Positions 26,187 to 39,929 are shown, counted from the stretch's first letter. The stretch: DNA of 64,000 bases from Octopus sinensis (GCF_006345805.1 NC_043003.1:60884001-60948000); one strand, 5' to 3'. Translations and numbers: made by a program. The notes: generated by a model not told the origin, from the sequence alone.

Positions 26187-27477
26187 AAATTATTACATTA
26201 TATAAAAGGGCTTAGTAAAACAAATTACTTTGCCACATACTGAACTCATTAGAAATAGTAGCTAAAAAAAACTTTTTTAAAACTATTTCTAATACTTAAA
26301 GAAAATCTCTCTCATATAGTGTTTGCTCAATTCAACTCACGAAAGTATGGGGGTAAAGACATTAAAAAATCAAATGCAAAGGTTATTTGAGAACGTACGT
26401 TTCAAGATTAGTCAACTCGAAATTTCTATCATCAGCTCAGAACTCCTTGGTTTGGATTTGAAAACACTGAAAGTGGGAGCATACCCTTTCGGCTTCTTAT
26501 CGCTTCTGAAGATCTGCTCGAAACTAACAGTGCCAGCAAACCCAAAATATGCAAGCGAAGAATTTCTGCTCTCCCCTTTCCACCAGCGTGGGTTAAAATC
26601 AGTAAACACTATGCTTTTTCGGTAAAATCCGAAGCATTAAATAGAGAGAGATGAATTATAATTTCAACAATTGAGGGTAAAATTAATTAATTATTAATCA
26701 ATTTCACCAAGTATTCAGTATGTAAAGGGACCATTTAAGGCGAATTCAAATTATTACATTATATAAAATGAGTTCAGTATGTGGCAAAGTAATTTATTTT
26801 ACTAAGCCCTTTTATATAATGTAATAATTTGAATTCACCTTAAATGGTCCCTTTACATACTGAATACTTGGTGAAATTGATTAATAATTAATTAATTTTA
26901 CCCTCAATTGTTGAAATTATAATTCATCTCTCTCTATTTAATGCTTCGGATTTTACCGAAAAAGCATAGTGTTTACTGATTTTAACCCACGCTGGTGGAA
27001 AGGGGAGAGCAGAAATTCTTCGCTTGCATATTTTGGGTTTGCTGGCACTGTTAGTTTCGAGCAGATCTTCAGAAGCGATAAGAAGCCGAAAGGGTATGCT
27101 CCCACTTTCAGTGTTTTCAAATCCAAACCAAGGAGTTCTGAGCTGATGATAGAAATGTCGAGTTGACTAATCTTGAAACGTACGTTCTCAAATAAGCTTT
27201 GCATTTGATTTTTTAATGTTTTTACCCCCATACTTTCGTGAGTTGAATTGAGCAAACACTATATGAGAGAGATTTTCTTTAAGTATTAGAAATAGTTTTA
27301 AAAAAGTTTTTTTAGCTACTATTTCTAATGAGTTCAGTATGTGGCAAAGTAATTTATTTTACTAAGCCCTTTTATATAATGTAATAATTTGAATTCGCCT
27401 TAAATGGTCCCTTTACATACTGAATACTTGGTGAAATTGATTAATAATTAATTAATTTTACCCTCAATTGTTGAAAT

Positions 27478-27480
<3 letters not shown>
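26187..27480. mobile_element. Penelope-like element in an inverted plus partial-tandem arrangement (arms about 580 bp, near identical)
   Basis: 26187-26768 is the reverse complement of about 26807-27390; the 150-bp terminal block is repeated directly at 26769 and 27328 (pseudo-LTR); mirrored ORFs appear in the track. Confidence 0.85.
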
Positions 27481-27573
<93 letters not shown>

Positions 27574-27574
27574 C

Positions 27575-27625
<51 letters not shown>

Positions 27626-27640
27626 ATATATGTATATGTA

Positions 27641-27676
<36 letters not shown>

Positions 27677-27737
27677 TAAAATTTTGGCCCAGTACTTTTC
27701 TCAGAATGAGTGCGTTCTTCATAAAATTTGAAGAAAT

Positions 27738-27771
<34 letters not shown>

Positions 27772-27929
27772 ATATCATATATGAATATCTGTTGATGCAT
27801 TGAGAACATATAACGTACATGGTATATGGATTTGCATTTATTACTCTAATTACTTATAAACTTATAAAAGAGAGCAATTTTACTTATCTTGTTTAACTCG
27901 TATTTTCTTAGGTAAGCATAAGTTTATGA

Positions 27930-27960
<31 letters not shown>

Positions 27961-28949
27961 AGTAATCGCTAGTTAGGGAATATATATATATATTGGGGGG
28001 TTTTCTCTGCTATTGCCTTTCAGAAGCTAAAAGACATCTATTGTACAGTTGGACTAAACATTAAATGTTTATTCAGGCTTTAACTTGTCTTTGAATTCTC
28101 TATCTTAAGTAACCGGACACAGCTTCTTTGAACTTGCTACTCCCTGGAATGTGAGTGCGTGTGCGGGTGCGTGCATCTATATTTATACACGTATTTATAT
28201 CTATATTTATATATATGCAAATATGTATGTATGATTAATATAGCTGCCTTATTAGAGTTAATTAATTTTTTTATTTCAACAGTAAACTCAAATATTCTTT
28301 CATTCTATTCATTTTTCTTACGCACCCTTTTTTTTAAAAAAAAACATTTGATTTCAGATGGTCTCAAAACGGGTTTTATTTCTATTATGAATCTTCATTA
28401 TATTATCAATGATGAATTTCACGGCAATCGGAGCTCTAAGTAAAATGTTGACATTTCATCACTTTAATAATATGAAACAAATTCTTACTCATGCTGCTTA
28501 GTAGAAAAATATATATATATTCAATTTGCTATCACTATTAATATTACATACAATGGAAAAATATTCTAATCTATGTATTTCTTTACCGAATATAATGGCA
28601 ATTAAAATACACAATAAAAGTAATTTTAGTTTCATACTGGTGTGGAAGTATGTTTGTATAAGCGTGTGTGCGTATGTCCGTGTATATAAATGCAATACCA
28701 TTTTTGTTGTTGGATTGCCGAGGCAAGAGACAAGCAGCACAGATAAGTTCAACACAACAATGAAGCTGAAGGAATATGAAGAAATACTGAATGAAAATGT
28801 TGAAAATTGAAAGTTAGTAAAAATATAACTGTAAATATAACAAGCGAAGATAACTCACAGATTGTTGATATATCGTTCACAAATATTAGCACCAACAGTA
28901 CAAATTATTCAGTGCAAATCACACAGAAGTTAAAATCAATCAGATCAAT

Positions 28950-29012
28950 AATAATAATGATGATAATAATAATGATAATAATAATAACAATAATAATAAT
29001 AATAATAATAAT

Positions 29013-29056
<44 letters not shown>

Positions 29057-29637
29057 TAACAATAATAATCTTTTCTACTCTAGGCACAACGCCCGAAATA
29101 ATAATAATCGTTCCGAATTTTGGCACAAGACCAACAATTTTGGCACAAGACCAACAATTTTACTGGAGAGTGACTTAAGTCGATTATAATGACTCCAGTA
29201 TTTGACTGGTACTAAAACTATAGACCTCACCCCACCAAAAAGATGAAAGACGTATTCGACCTCAGCGGATATTGAGCCCAGAACGCAGTAGGTCGGAAGA
29301 AATACCGTTATACCAATAATTTTTTGCTTTGTTTCTGGAGGAGGCACAAGGCCTGAAATTTGCAGGGTCGAATTAATCAATAGCATCGATTCAAGTATTT
29401 TTTTAAATACTTGACTTTTATCGCGCTCATAGGAATAAAAAACAAAGTAGATATCCGCAGTATTTGAATTGAAGATGTAAAGAGATAGTCTGAATAAATA
29501 CTGTACGGAATTTCTTACCAATCTACAAACGATTCTGCCTACCCGCCGATCTAATATCATTATTGTTATTATTATTAATAAAAATGGTAATAAAAATAAT
29601 GTTAATAATAATAATGGTAATGATAATAATAATAATA

Positions 29638-29709
<72 letters not shown>

Positions 29710-30577
29710 GGTTCAAATTTTGCCACGAGGGCAACAATTTTGGGGGAGGATACTAGTCGATTACATAGACCCCGGTGTTCGACTGGTACTTATTTTATCG
29801 ATCCCCGAAAGGATGAAAGGCAAAGTCGACCACGGCGAAAATTTTAACACCGAACGTAAAACGAACGAAATGCCGCTAAGCATCTCGCCCGGCACGCTAA
29901 CGATTCTTCCGGCTCGCCGCCTTAATAATAATAATAATAATAATATTAATAATAATAATAATAATAATAATATAATAATAATAATAATAATAACAATAAC
30001 AATAATAATCTTTTCTACTCTAGGCACAACGCCCGAAATAATAATAATCGTTCCGAATTTTGGCACAAGACCAACAATTTTGACACAAGACCAACAATTT
30101 TACTGGAGAGTGACTTAAGTCGATTATAATGACTCCAGTATTTGACTGGTACTAAAACTATAGACCTAACCCCACCAAAAAGATGAAAGACGTATTCGAC
30201 CTCAGCGGATATTGAGCCCAGAACGCAGTAGGTCGGAAGAAATACCGTTATACCAATAATTCTTTGCTTTGTTTCTGGAGGAGGCACAAGGCCTGAAATT
30301 TGCAGGGTCGAATTAATCAATAGCATCGATTCAAGTATTTTTTTAAATACTTGACTTTTATCGCGCTCATAGGAATAAAAAACAAAATAGATATCCGCGG
30401 TATTTGAATTGAAGATGTAAAGAGATAGTCTGAATAAATACTGTACGGAATTTCTTACCAATCTACAAACGATTCTGCCTACCCGCCGATCTAATATCAT
30501 TATTGTTATTATTATTAATAAAAATGGTAATAAAAATAATGTTAATAATAATAATGGTAATGATAATAATAATAATA

Positions 30578-30628
<51 letters not shown>

Positions 30629-30830
30629 GGTTCAAATTTTGCCACGAGGGCAACAATTTTGGGGGAGGATACTAGTCGATTACATAGACCCCGGTGTTCG
30701 ACTGGTACTTATTTTATCGATCCCCGAAAGGATGAAAGGCAAAGTCGACCACGGCGAAAATTTTAACACCGAACGTAAAACGAACGAAATGCTGCTAAGC
30801 ATCTCGCCCGGCACGCCGCCTTAATAATAA
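28950..30830. repeat. Tandem duplication, period about 940 bp (SINE A fragments plus (AAT)n tracts)
   Basis: ORFs 29075-29737 and 30015-30656, and 29563-29847 and 30503-30766, are near identical; the differences are mainly in microsatellite length. Confidence 0.95.
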
Positions 30831-30841
30831 TAATAATAATA

Positions 30842-30874
<33 letters not shown>

Positions 30875-31355
30875 ATAAACTTGTTATTATCAAACTATAA
30901 TGAGCATTATCAATAGCAACAATTTGTGGAAATTATCCATGACGTGTATGTCCGAATGGGATATTTTTGTGATGAGGAATGTTTCATTCATGAAGCCTCG
31001 TTCTGTTGAAAGGTTTCGATTTTCTGGGTTTTTTTTTTCTTTTTAAGACGAGAAACAAAATGAAGAACAAAAGACTGAGTAGCAGTTGGAGGAAGAGGAT
31101 TATTAGCATATTCTGTAACCTTTCATGCATTTCGCAAAGGATATCAGTGATGTAAATTAAATGAAATTGTTTTCTTCATCAGGAATCGAAAAACGATTTT
31201 GCTGGGTAGTCATCTCATTATAACAGCGTCCCGCAGTATCAGAAAATTTGGCAGATTATATATATTTACACAAATCCGGTAGATTTTCATGTCCATTCCA
31301 TCCTATAAAGAAAAATTGAAATATTACATACATACACACACACACGTATATATAC

Positions 31356-31398
<43 letters not shown>

Positions 31399-31952
31399 GA
31401 GTGAGAGAAAAGTGCGCGCCATCAAAATGACACTGGGATAAAATATACGAAGCCCAATATACCCATCATGACTACTCGTCTGATAAGGGTACACTAGGCA
31501 CATGCATCACAACCATATTTGCACGACATGATGATCTCATATCAAGATAAACAGCACATGACCTTGCAGGTGGGGCCCAGTTAGAATTTTCTTCTGGTCG
31601 AGTAGCCCATCCCACTCAAAAGGTCCCTGAATAACGATTGTTTAACGATGTTGAACGAACCACCCATGTTTCCAGAGGTGAATTATCCAAACCTCTAAGA
31701 ACTCCTTTCAGCACACGGCTATGATGCTTCCCCACTAGTTTTGCTCGTGGTCAGAGATGCACATATCGTCAGCCATTAAGGGACATTCTCAACTGGTTAC
31801 GGTCAAACAACTGATAAGCATATCTTTGGTATTGAGCAGAATATTTGCCGTAGCCCATCTTTTATACCAAGACAAAACAATGTACATGATAACACTTCCA
31901 ATCAGTTAAGATAAGAAGCCATGAGTGCCACTGTCTGGTACTGCATCAGGGC

Positions 31953-32002
<50 letters not shown>

Positions 32003-32789
32003 TATAACAGTTTACATTCGGCTCCATGTAACTTAGAGTTACGTTGGTTCCTAAGACGAACCTCGCTCGTCAGGTTGAGGCAACCTAATAAAGTTCAAAT
32101 CGGTTACAGATATTCGACTGCTCCTGGTCAGATGATATTGTATCATGTTGGTACTGATATTGAAGCGATATCAAATAGAAATCTCAGTCAGTGTTTCTCG
32201 GACCGTTTACTTGGTCAGAGTGTTGGGGTCGTCACGCAGTCCTAGAATCACAGATTGAGATTTCTGCTTGATATCGCTACTGCATCAATATCAATATCAA
32301 TAACATCCTGTGACCTACCCCAACCAAGACGTGCTAGGTTCCTATAAGGGCTTTCCATGAAGCCGAATCAAAATGTTATTAAATAATACATATAACCCCA
32401 AACAAATTGTGCTGAGTTCCATTTTCTTTCGCTTTCCATTACTCTTTCCCCTAACCCTAACCCTAACCCACTCTTCTTCTCTTTCTCACACACACATGAA
32501 CAAAATTAACGGCATGAATATTACCAAAAAATATTAGTTCGACGCTCAATGCTATATTAAGAAAATAGAAGAGACTTTGACGTTTCGAGTTTCAGTTATT
32601 CTTCAGCGCATCAGATAGACAGAAGGACGAAAGGCTGTGCTAGAAGGAAAGAAGACATGAATAACAAAGACATTTGTGTCACTCAGTGTCAAGTTAGAGT
32701 GAAAAAGACCACTGGAAGGGGATTAGAAAGTATGAAGATACTTAATACAGTAAAGAGTAGAGAATAATATTTTAGCTGTAATAGAAAAT

Positions 32790-33535
32790 ATTCTTTTTTT
32801 TTCTACTCTAGGCACAAGTCCCGAAATTTTGAGGGAGGGGGCCAGTCGATTAGATCGACTCCAGTACGCAACTGGTACTTAATTTATCGACCACGAAAGG
32901 ATGAAAGGCAAAGTCGACCTCGGCGGAATTTGAACTCAGAACGTAAAGACAGATGAAATACCTATTTCTTTATTACCCACAAGGGGCTAAACATAGAGGG
33001 GACAAACAAGGACAGACATAGGTATTAAGTGCGTAACTGGTACTTAATTTATCGACCCTGAAAGGATGAAAGGCAATGTCGACCTCGGCGGAATTTGAAC
33101 TCACAACGTAACGGCAGACGAAATACTGCTAAGCATTTCGCCCGGCGTGCTAACGTTTCTGCCAACTCGCCACCTTAGTAATAGAAAATATTCTTTTCTA
33201 CTTTAGGCACAAGGCCTGAAGTTTTTGTGAGGGAGGGGGCCAGTCAATTAGATAGACCCCAGTACGCAACTGGTTCTTAATTTCTCGACCCCGAATATAT
33301 GAAAGGCAAAGTCGACTTCGTCGGAATTTGAAGTCAGAATGTAAAGACCGATGAAATACCGCTAAGCATTTCGCCCGGCGAGCAAACGTTTCTTTTTTTT
33401 TTACTCTAGACACAAGGCTCGAAATCTTTGGAGAGGAGACCAGTCAATAAGATGAAAGGCAAATTTGAACTCAGACGAAATACTACTAAGCATTTCGCCT
33501 GGCGTGCTAACGTTTCTGCCAGCTTGCTGTCTTCA
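32790..33535 (-). mobile_element. SINE family A array (about 4 units)
   Basis: Repeated cgaaaggatgaaaggcaaagtcgacctcggcggaatttgaactc. Confidence 0.9.
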
Positions 33536-34569
33536 GCAGATAATATATCACGTCACCAAGTGAGAATTATCAGGCTTTAATATTTAAGATATCTTTTAGA
33601 TATGTCGTGTAACCGTTTTACACCCAGACATCTGAGTTTGGTTTACGGATGGTTAAACGTCAGAGGATATCAAACATACAGCAAGTTCTATACCAGGTAG
33701 TTTACATACTACTGTATTATAGTCCAAACAGTATTAACTTAAAATAGGTTATCACAAGGCAGGTGTTATTGATAGAAAATATGCCGCGTATATGTTTAAC
33801 GACACTCCGTTTAAACTTGGATAATTCAATAAAGCGATACTAAATAAGAGTAAAACCCTTTGTATAAAGCAAATGAAAACTGAATAGAATGTACATTACA
33901 AAATAGGAATAACTTTGAAAATGCAGCGTAATGTATGAAAAAACTTTTCTGAGAGTCATAACTTCTTGTGAAAGGCATTAAAACTTGCAGTTAATAAAAC
34001 TGAATTGTTAGGATATTTTTTCGTCGAGAAATTTTTCATGTTTAGAATTGCTTTATGATTTCTGTAAGTTTATACTTAGAGGTAACTCTATTTGACATTT
34101 ATGCCTTTTATAAAATATCTTTTACTGTGAAACGTGATAAATGGGGATTGCATAAAAGCTCGTCTCTACAGCCGTTTACGTTCATAGGTAATACAATTAA
34201 TACCTGTTCCGATTTAATATCACCACCAAACCTTTGGGTGGCTCTTTCTGTTCTTTCCATCAGTCATGTAAGTCCCGAAAAATGCCATGGGCCCGACTCT
34301 TCCTCTGGTTAAGCTATTTCGGAGACGATATCAGTGTCTAATACAATAAATTACATGCTCAGTTCTGTTATGAAAGTTCGAGAAACCGTTACAATAATCA
34401 CATAGTACGGTCGTAGTACAGCTGTACCATGCGAATTGGTTGACAGAAAAGTTACATCTTTTCTGTCTATTTATGAAAATCTCGAACTAGAAACTAACGG
34501 TGAGTATCACGATTATTCTTCCTAGATGTCAGCAATATCGACAATTTTGTTTACAACAAATTTTCGGTG

Positions 34570-35300
34570 ATGTGAAATATATTTACAGAAAATACTTCAC
34601 AGTTCGAAATTTTGTAAAAAAAATAATAATGTTTATAAAAATATTAATGGTGCCATAGAAAATAGAAACAGCGGTATTAATGCTTCTAACATATACAATA
34701 TAGATTGTAGCTCTGATGTCTATACTAGCACAGGGATTACTGATACGCCTGATGACTCTGGGATCAATGTGAATGATACTACAATTGAAGGATGGAGAGA
34801 TAATACCAGATATGATAATAACACATGCAATAGTAGTAGTAGAATTAATATTAAAAGAAATATTAATAATAATTGTATGAATATCAATAATATTAATAGT
34901 AGCAATTCTCCTTGTTGCAATTGTAGAGTTAAATTCCACTGTCCGTTATTAGGCCGATGTCTAATTCAAAACATAACCTATAAGCGTACAATCACAACTG
35001 TAGCTGGTAACGTTGTATATATAGGATGTTCAATAAATATGAAAAAAAATCTATTTATAACCATTTCTCATCTTTTAGGCTCAAACATAAGGTCAATTGT
35101 ATGTCCTTATCTAGCAAGATTTGGGAACTGAAGGAAAGTGGAATCGAATTTAGCCTTAAATGGGATATTATAAGGAAAGGGCAGCCTTATAGAAATAGTC
35201 GATACGGTGCGAGCTGTGCTCTATGGAAACTTATGAAATTTTTAAGTATAGGGATAAGAGCAGCATTATTAATAATATATTAGACCTCTTAGGTCTAATA
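34570..35300 (+). mobile_element. Penelope-like (Neptune-type) GIY-YIG endonuclease remnant
   Basis: 'CNCRVKFHCPLLGRCLIQNITYK...VYIGCS' and frameshifted 'YNHFSSFR....LSSKIWELKE....SLKWDII....Y....C.L'. Confidence 0.85.
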
Positions 35301-36563
35301 TATTATTAATTATGCTGCTCTTGTCCCTATACATGTCTACATGGGTTCACCCGTACATTTAAATATTTTCGAAATTAGCGTTTAAAGGTGCTACACTTAA
35401 ACCTGGATAAGGAAATTACTTTTTAGTATCATATCTGATATGAACTTACCCCCTAGTATTATATATAATGTTATATATATTTTCTTACTATTTTCTATAA
35501 TTTCTTATTATTTTGTTTTCTTGTTTTGACACTTTTACCTATTAACCTCCTATAAGTTATTTATGTTCTTAAAGAGAGATTTAAACCTTCTAGTTACTTA
35601 AGTCTATGAGAGTTGATTATAACATACCCATAATACAATACAAATATTTGTGTATATTTGCATGTGTGCACATAGTTAAATATGTGTATGTATCTGTGCA
35701 CAACTTATTTTTTCCGATTCTTTTTTGATTCTTAGCTTATAATTAATATAAAGTTAGTATGATTTATCGCCCCAGTATTTCATAAATAAATACCCTGAGC
35801 AATCTTTATAGAAACCACCTAATATGTAAATAATTATGTTGAAATTTTGTATATATACACATTTTATCTATTCTGGTTATAATATCATTTTTAGTAATCT
35901 TAAATTCTATCTTTATACATAATAACAATATTGTTTATAGACAATCATCCATAGTACCCCATGATAATTTCCGCTGTATTAACATCATAGGTTTTATTGC
36001 CGTCTTACCCCTTTAACTGGTAATTAACATCTTGATATGGGGTCTTCCAGCCTCCTTCATAGACAGTAACTTATACAAATCCTAAAATCCTGACAATATT
36101 TATGACCATACCCAACTATAAACGGTCAACTCACTTCTGCCCTCCATTCTAAACAGACACTGTCCTCTAGCCTTAGATTTGGGAGTTGATAAAAAAGACT
36201 AATAAATTGTAAATGAACCACAATCCTTTACAAGCTACGACCCTAACAAACTTTATACAGTTCTTAGAAGTGTAGTATATTCTTAGGTACATTTGTAGCA
36301 ACATGGACTCTTTCCCTCATCATACACTATTAGAGAATTTTAGAAAAAAATATAATGTGTCCAACTGATTAAAAATTCTATTTATTTCTGCTGCTGAGGA
36401 TAGCTCTGCATTTAAATTGACGTAATGATTGCAGTGTTCAAGTAAATGAAACCGCTTGAAACGGTCGTACTGCATCACCTCTTGATATCTTGTTGCATAT
36501 TTTGGTTTCATTCACCGCATTGACATGGTACTTCAACTTAAGTACCTAATTCAATTGAATCTG

Positions 36564-36564
<1 letters not shown>

Positions 36565-36603
<39 letters not shown>

Positions 36604-36613
36604 GTATATATAT

Positions 36614-36648
<35 letters not shown>

Positions 36649-36765
36649 CACATGTATATATACACACACACACAATATATATATATATATATATATACAC
36701 ATGTATATACACACACACACACACCACACATATATATATATATATATATATACACATGTATATAT

Positions 36766-36798
<33 letters not shown>

Positions 36799-36804
36799 CA
36801 CATG

Positions 36805-36854
<50 letters not shown>

Positions 36855-36855
36855 A
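36565..36855. repeat. Higher-order minisatellite of (TA)n-CACATGTATATA-(CA)n units, about 45-55 bp x6
   Basis: The 'cacatgtatata' anchor recurs six times. Confidence 0.85.
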
Positions 36856-37250
36856 CCGTACGTACCTAAATACATACACGTGCACACATTCCCGGAATAT
36901 AGTAAACAATTCATATGAATACGAGGTTGATGTTAGTATCACAAACATTCTACGATTATAGAAAATATATTAGAACTTTAAACATTTAAAAGTAAACATT
37001 TAATGTATCGTGTCTCCGTATTATATGATTACTGCCTCGAGCGCCACGTGTGATTCACTTACATGGAATATTTTGAAGACAACCATAAACCAATTTTAGG
37101 CAAATGTTTCAAGCTAAAGTTGAAGCCACAGCAACACCATTGGTCGTTCTTTACTAGAGATGAGAACTGCATTACTATCTCTATAAAGTTTGTTTCTGTC
37201 GCTCTTTTCCAAAAACTGCGTTCCCAAGACTTTCTTCATAGTTTTAATGA

Positions 37251-37418
37251 TTACCAATGTGAAAAGGCTTCATCAGAACTCATATCTGTAGCTCCAGGTG
37301 AGAATAGTTGATACCAGCCAACTGTATGCCTGCTCAAATCCAAATTTTCTAATTTTACCACGATTTCTCCAAGGCATACTTTCTTATCGAAAGTTTTCTG
37401 TTTTTCCCAAACGTTAAT
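37251..37418 (-). CDS. RIM/Fife-like C2-domain protein, last coding exon (INVWEKQKTFDKKVCLGEIVVKLENLDLSRHTVGWYQLFSPGATDMSSDEAFSHW*)
   Basis: Acceptor tttttcttgcag; 168 nt, phase 0; ends in TAA. 'VW...LGE..V.L..LDLS....GWYQLF' matches the C-terminal strands of RIM-type C2B domains (recalled family pattern). Confidence 0.92.
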   Translation of the reverse strand: MNVWEKQKTFDKKVCLGEIVVKLENLDLSRHTVGWYQLFSPGATDMSSDEAFSHW

Positions 37419-38330
37419 CTGCAAGAAAAATATATTGAATTATTTTTTTTATTTACTAGCGTAGTACCGTCGATTGTTACAAAAGAAAAGTTATGGTCAG
37501 TTACATGAATTATACCCTGGACGTTGCAAGGCACAAAGCTTTCAATCAAATACTCCAAGAAATAAGTGCTATTTTAGAAAATAAGATCATAAACTTCAAT
37601 GAATATTTACTTGAGACAATTTCATTTACTGATATTGCCTTCAAGCTTTACTATAAAATTCTGTATTAAATTATTTCAAATATAATGGATATTGTTTTAA
37701 TAAATTTAAGTGAATGTAAATGTGGAAGATGGTGAAGTATACAATTAACTGATACTGGATAATTATTTTGCTATAATTCGAGAACATTACGCACTGGTTC
37801 TATTTCATTACTTTTATCAGTCAATTGGTTAATTGATTAATTAATTACTCGAGTGTTTGATTAACTGATCGGTCAGCCATTCAACCAGCTAGATTTTCTT
37901 GTCTTTTCGTCACCATTCGCGACCTTATTAATTACACACCCACAAGCGTAGTAACAAAAGGATTTAGATCTAGCTGATTGATTGACTGATTGATAATTCG
38001 AACGATTAATTAAACGATCGATTAGTTAATTGGCTAAGTGAGTAAGCAATCGACTTTTAATAATAAAAGAAGTAAAATAGAACCAGTGCATATGTTTATC
38101 ATTGGCGCAATGACCCTCCGAGATACAACACAATTTGTTAAAATATATGAGTTCACATAAGAACCTTACAAACCAAATACGAGAAATAAATAATTATCTA
38201 TTCATAAAAAAACACAAAGAGTGTCAAACGTATTCAGGTCGATTAAATTAATTCGTAATGGATAGAAATTGAGTGAATTCATATATTTAGAATGCTGGTA
38301 TAAACGAAATATTTTCCATTAAGCTTTCAC

Positions 38331-38473
38331 CTTTAAGTGTCTTCCAAGAGCATTACAGGCAGAATATTTTATCTTCTCTCTATAGCTTGGATTCACACCT
38401 TCTTTGTTCACACTCGTCTTCTTCTTCTGCATTGTTTTATTTCCTTGCATCAGATACGTTTTCACATAGGTTT
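38331..38473 (-). CDS. RIM/Fife-like exon ((E)TYVKTYLMQGNKTMQKKKTSVNKEGVNPSYREKIKYSACNALGRHLK)
   Basis: Acceptor ttctatttgaaag, donor AAG|gtgaaa; 143 nt, phase 1-0, joins the 37418 exon in frame. YVKTYL, KKKT and NP.Y are C2 core motifs. Confidence 0.92.
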
Positions 38474-38949
38474 CTTTCAAATAGAAAAAAAGGATCGTAA
38501 AAGTTCTTATCAGAAATAGCTTTTGGTACAAAAGCAAGATTTGAATAGATGGATAATTATATAGACAAAGGTGTGTTTAACTATCAGCCATCCTAGCTCT
38601 AAGCAGTAAGATTAATTAGTAATTAAACTTACACGGGATTGATGTCCATTAATGCTTATTCAACTCAAAATGTACGCAGAAATATATAACACACACGCAC
38701 AGACGCTCTCTGACTCTTTCTCCACACACACACACACACTGACACTCACTCATGTCGTATTTGGTTACAAACAAAATAAATCATATTCCAACATTGTAGC
38801 AGAGTTTACACGTTCGTTTGGATACAGGTGATGACATTCTGTCATTGTGAATTAGTAACTTTGGCGTTTTACAATGCGATACAAGAGATACATAAGATAT
38901 ATTTATATGTATACATAAACAAATCTATATTGCCGAAGGCAATATACAG

Positions 38950-39027
<78 letters not shown>

Positions 39028-39151
39028 CATACATATATATGTATAATGGTATTAAACTCTAAACTCTATTCACAACGTAATATCTTAAGTTATTCATTCG
39101 TTTTTGATTATAGAAAAAAGAAATACGAATGCATTCATTCATCCGTTTTAC

Positions 39152-39265
39152 CTTGTGGCGAAGATTTGTCGGGTCTTGATAAACCCTGAGCTGTGATTAC
39201 ACTGATTTCTAACTGACCCTTCGTAACTATAAAACCAAGTTTCATACATCCTTTCGTTTCATCAC
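39152..39265 (-). CDS. RIM/Fife-like exon ((G)DETKGCMKLGFIVTKGQLEISVITAQGLSRPDKSSPQ)
   Basis: Acceptor tttttgtctctgtag, donor AAG|gtaaaa; 114 nt, phase 1-1. 'KGQLEISVI.A.GL' corresponds to RIM C2B 'KGQLEVEVIRAR.L'. Confidence 0.92.
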
Positions 39266-39929
39266 CTACAGAGACAAAAATTAGATATTGTATTAGATAA
39301 ATCATATATAATATAGCTCAATGCGCAGAATCGTATCTTCTGCAAATATATTTCGATAACCACATATTGTGAATGTATATATTTAATCAGTTATTGTGTA
39401 AAACGTAATCAAAGTGGAAAAAAAAAGAATAAAACACACTAAACAGTGTGAAAATGAACACAATATAATATATAGCATTGGAACATAAAATACACATGTA
39501 AAAGAAAATATGTAGTGTGTTCAATTCTTTCATAGAAATCTCGCATTTCGATGCAAATAAGATGCTGTCCGCCTAGACTTATTTGCTGTGTTCCTGCCTG
39601 TTATGCTGGAGTTTTGGTTTTCCCAGTTAGCAATACTTTATACAAGGATGTGCCATCCAATGAGGAGGAATTTGAAGCTTTCGGATACAGGCAATAATTA
39701 CCGACGTATTCGAATATATATGCATACACAATCATACAAAGACACATACACACACACAAATTCACTCACACACACACATACAGACACACTTACGTATAAA
39801 TACACATATGCATACGTAAAGGAAAATGTATTCAATTGCTTAATTCCTTTTTACACATTCTCCATAAGAAAATTCTATGTTTGAATCAATGTCTAAAATT
39901 CATATGTATTTCTTCAACAAAATACTGAC

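Noticed and set aside
26323-27255. Duplicated 100-aa and 65-aa ORFs suggesting a gene pair
   Set aside because: Mirror images from the Penelope-like palindrome; no splice or domain support.
29075-30656. Two 213-220-aa ORFs with poly-Leu 'signal peptides'
   Set aside because: (TTA)n tracts plus SINE A sequence in a tandem duplication.
36320-36511. 63-aa minus-strand ORF with a short ccTCTTGATAT match to about 45840
   Set aside because: No splice support; lies downstream of the RIM-like stop, probably in or beyond its 3' UTR; the match is short and intronic at 45.8 kb.
37503-37550. Possible penultimate C2 exon (YLIESFVPCNVQGIIH)
   Set aside because: Weak donor; exon 38331-38473 already supplies this part of the domain in phase.
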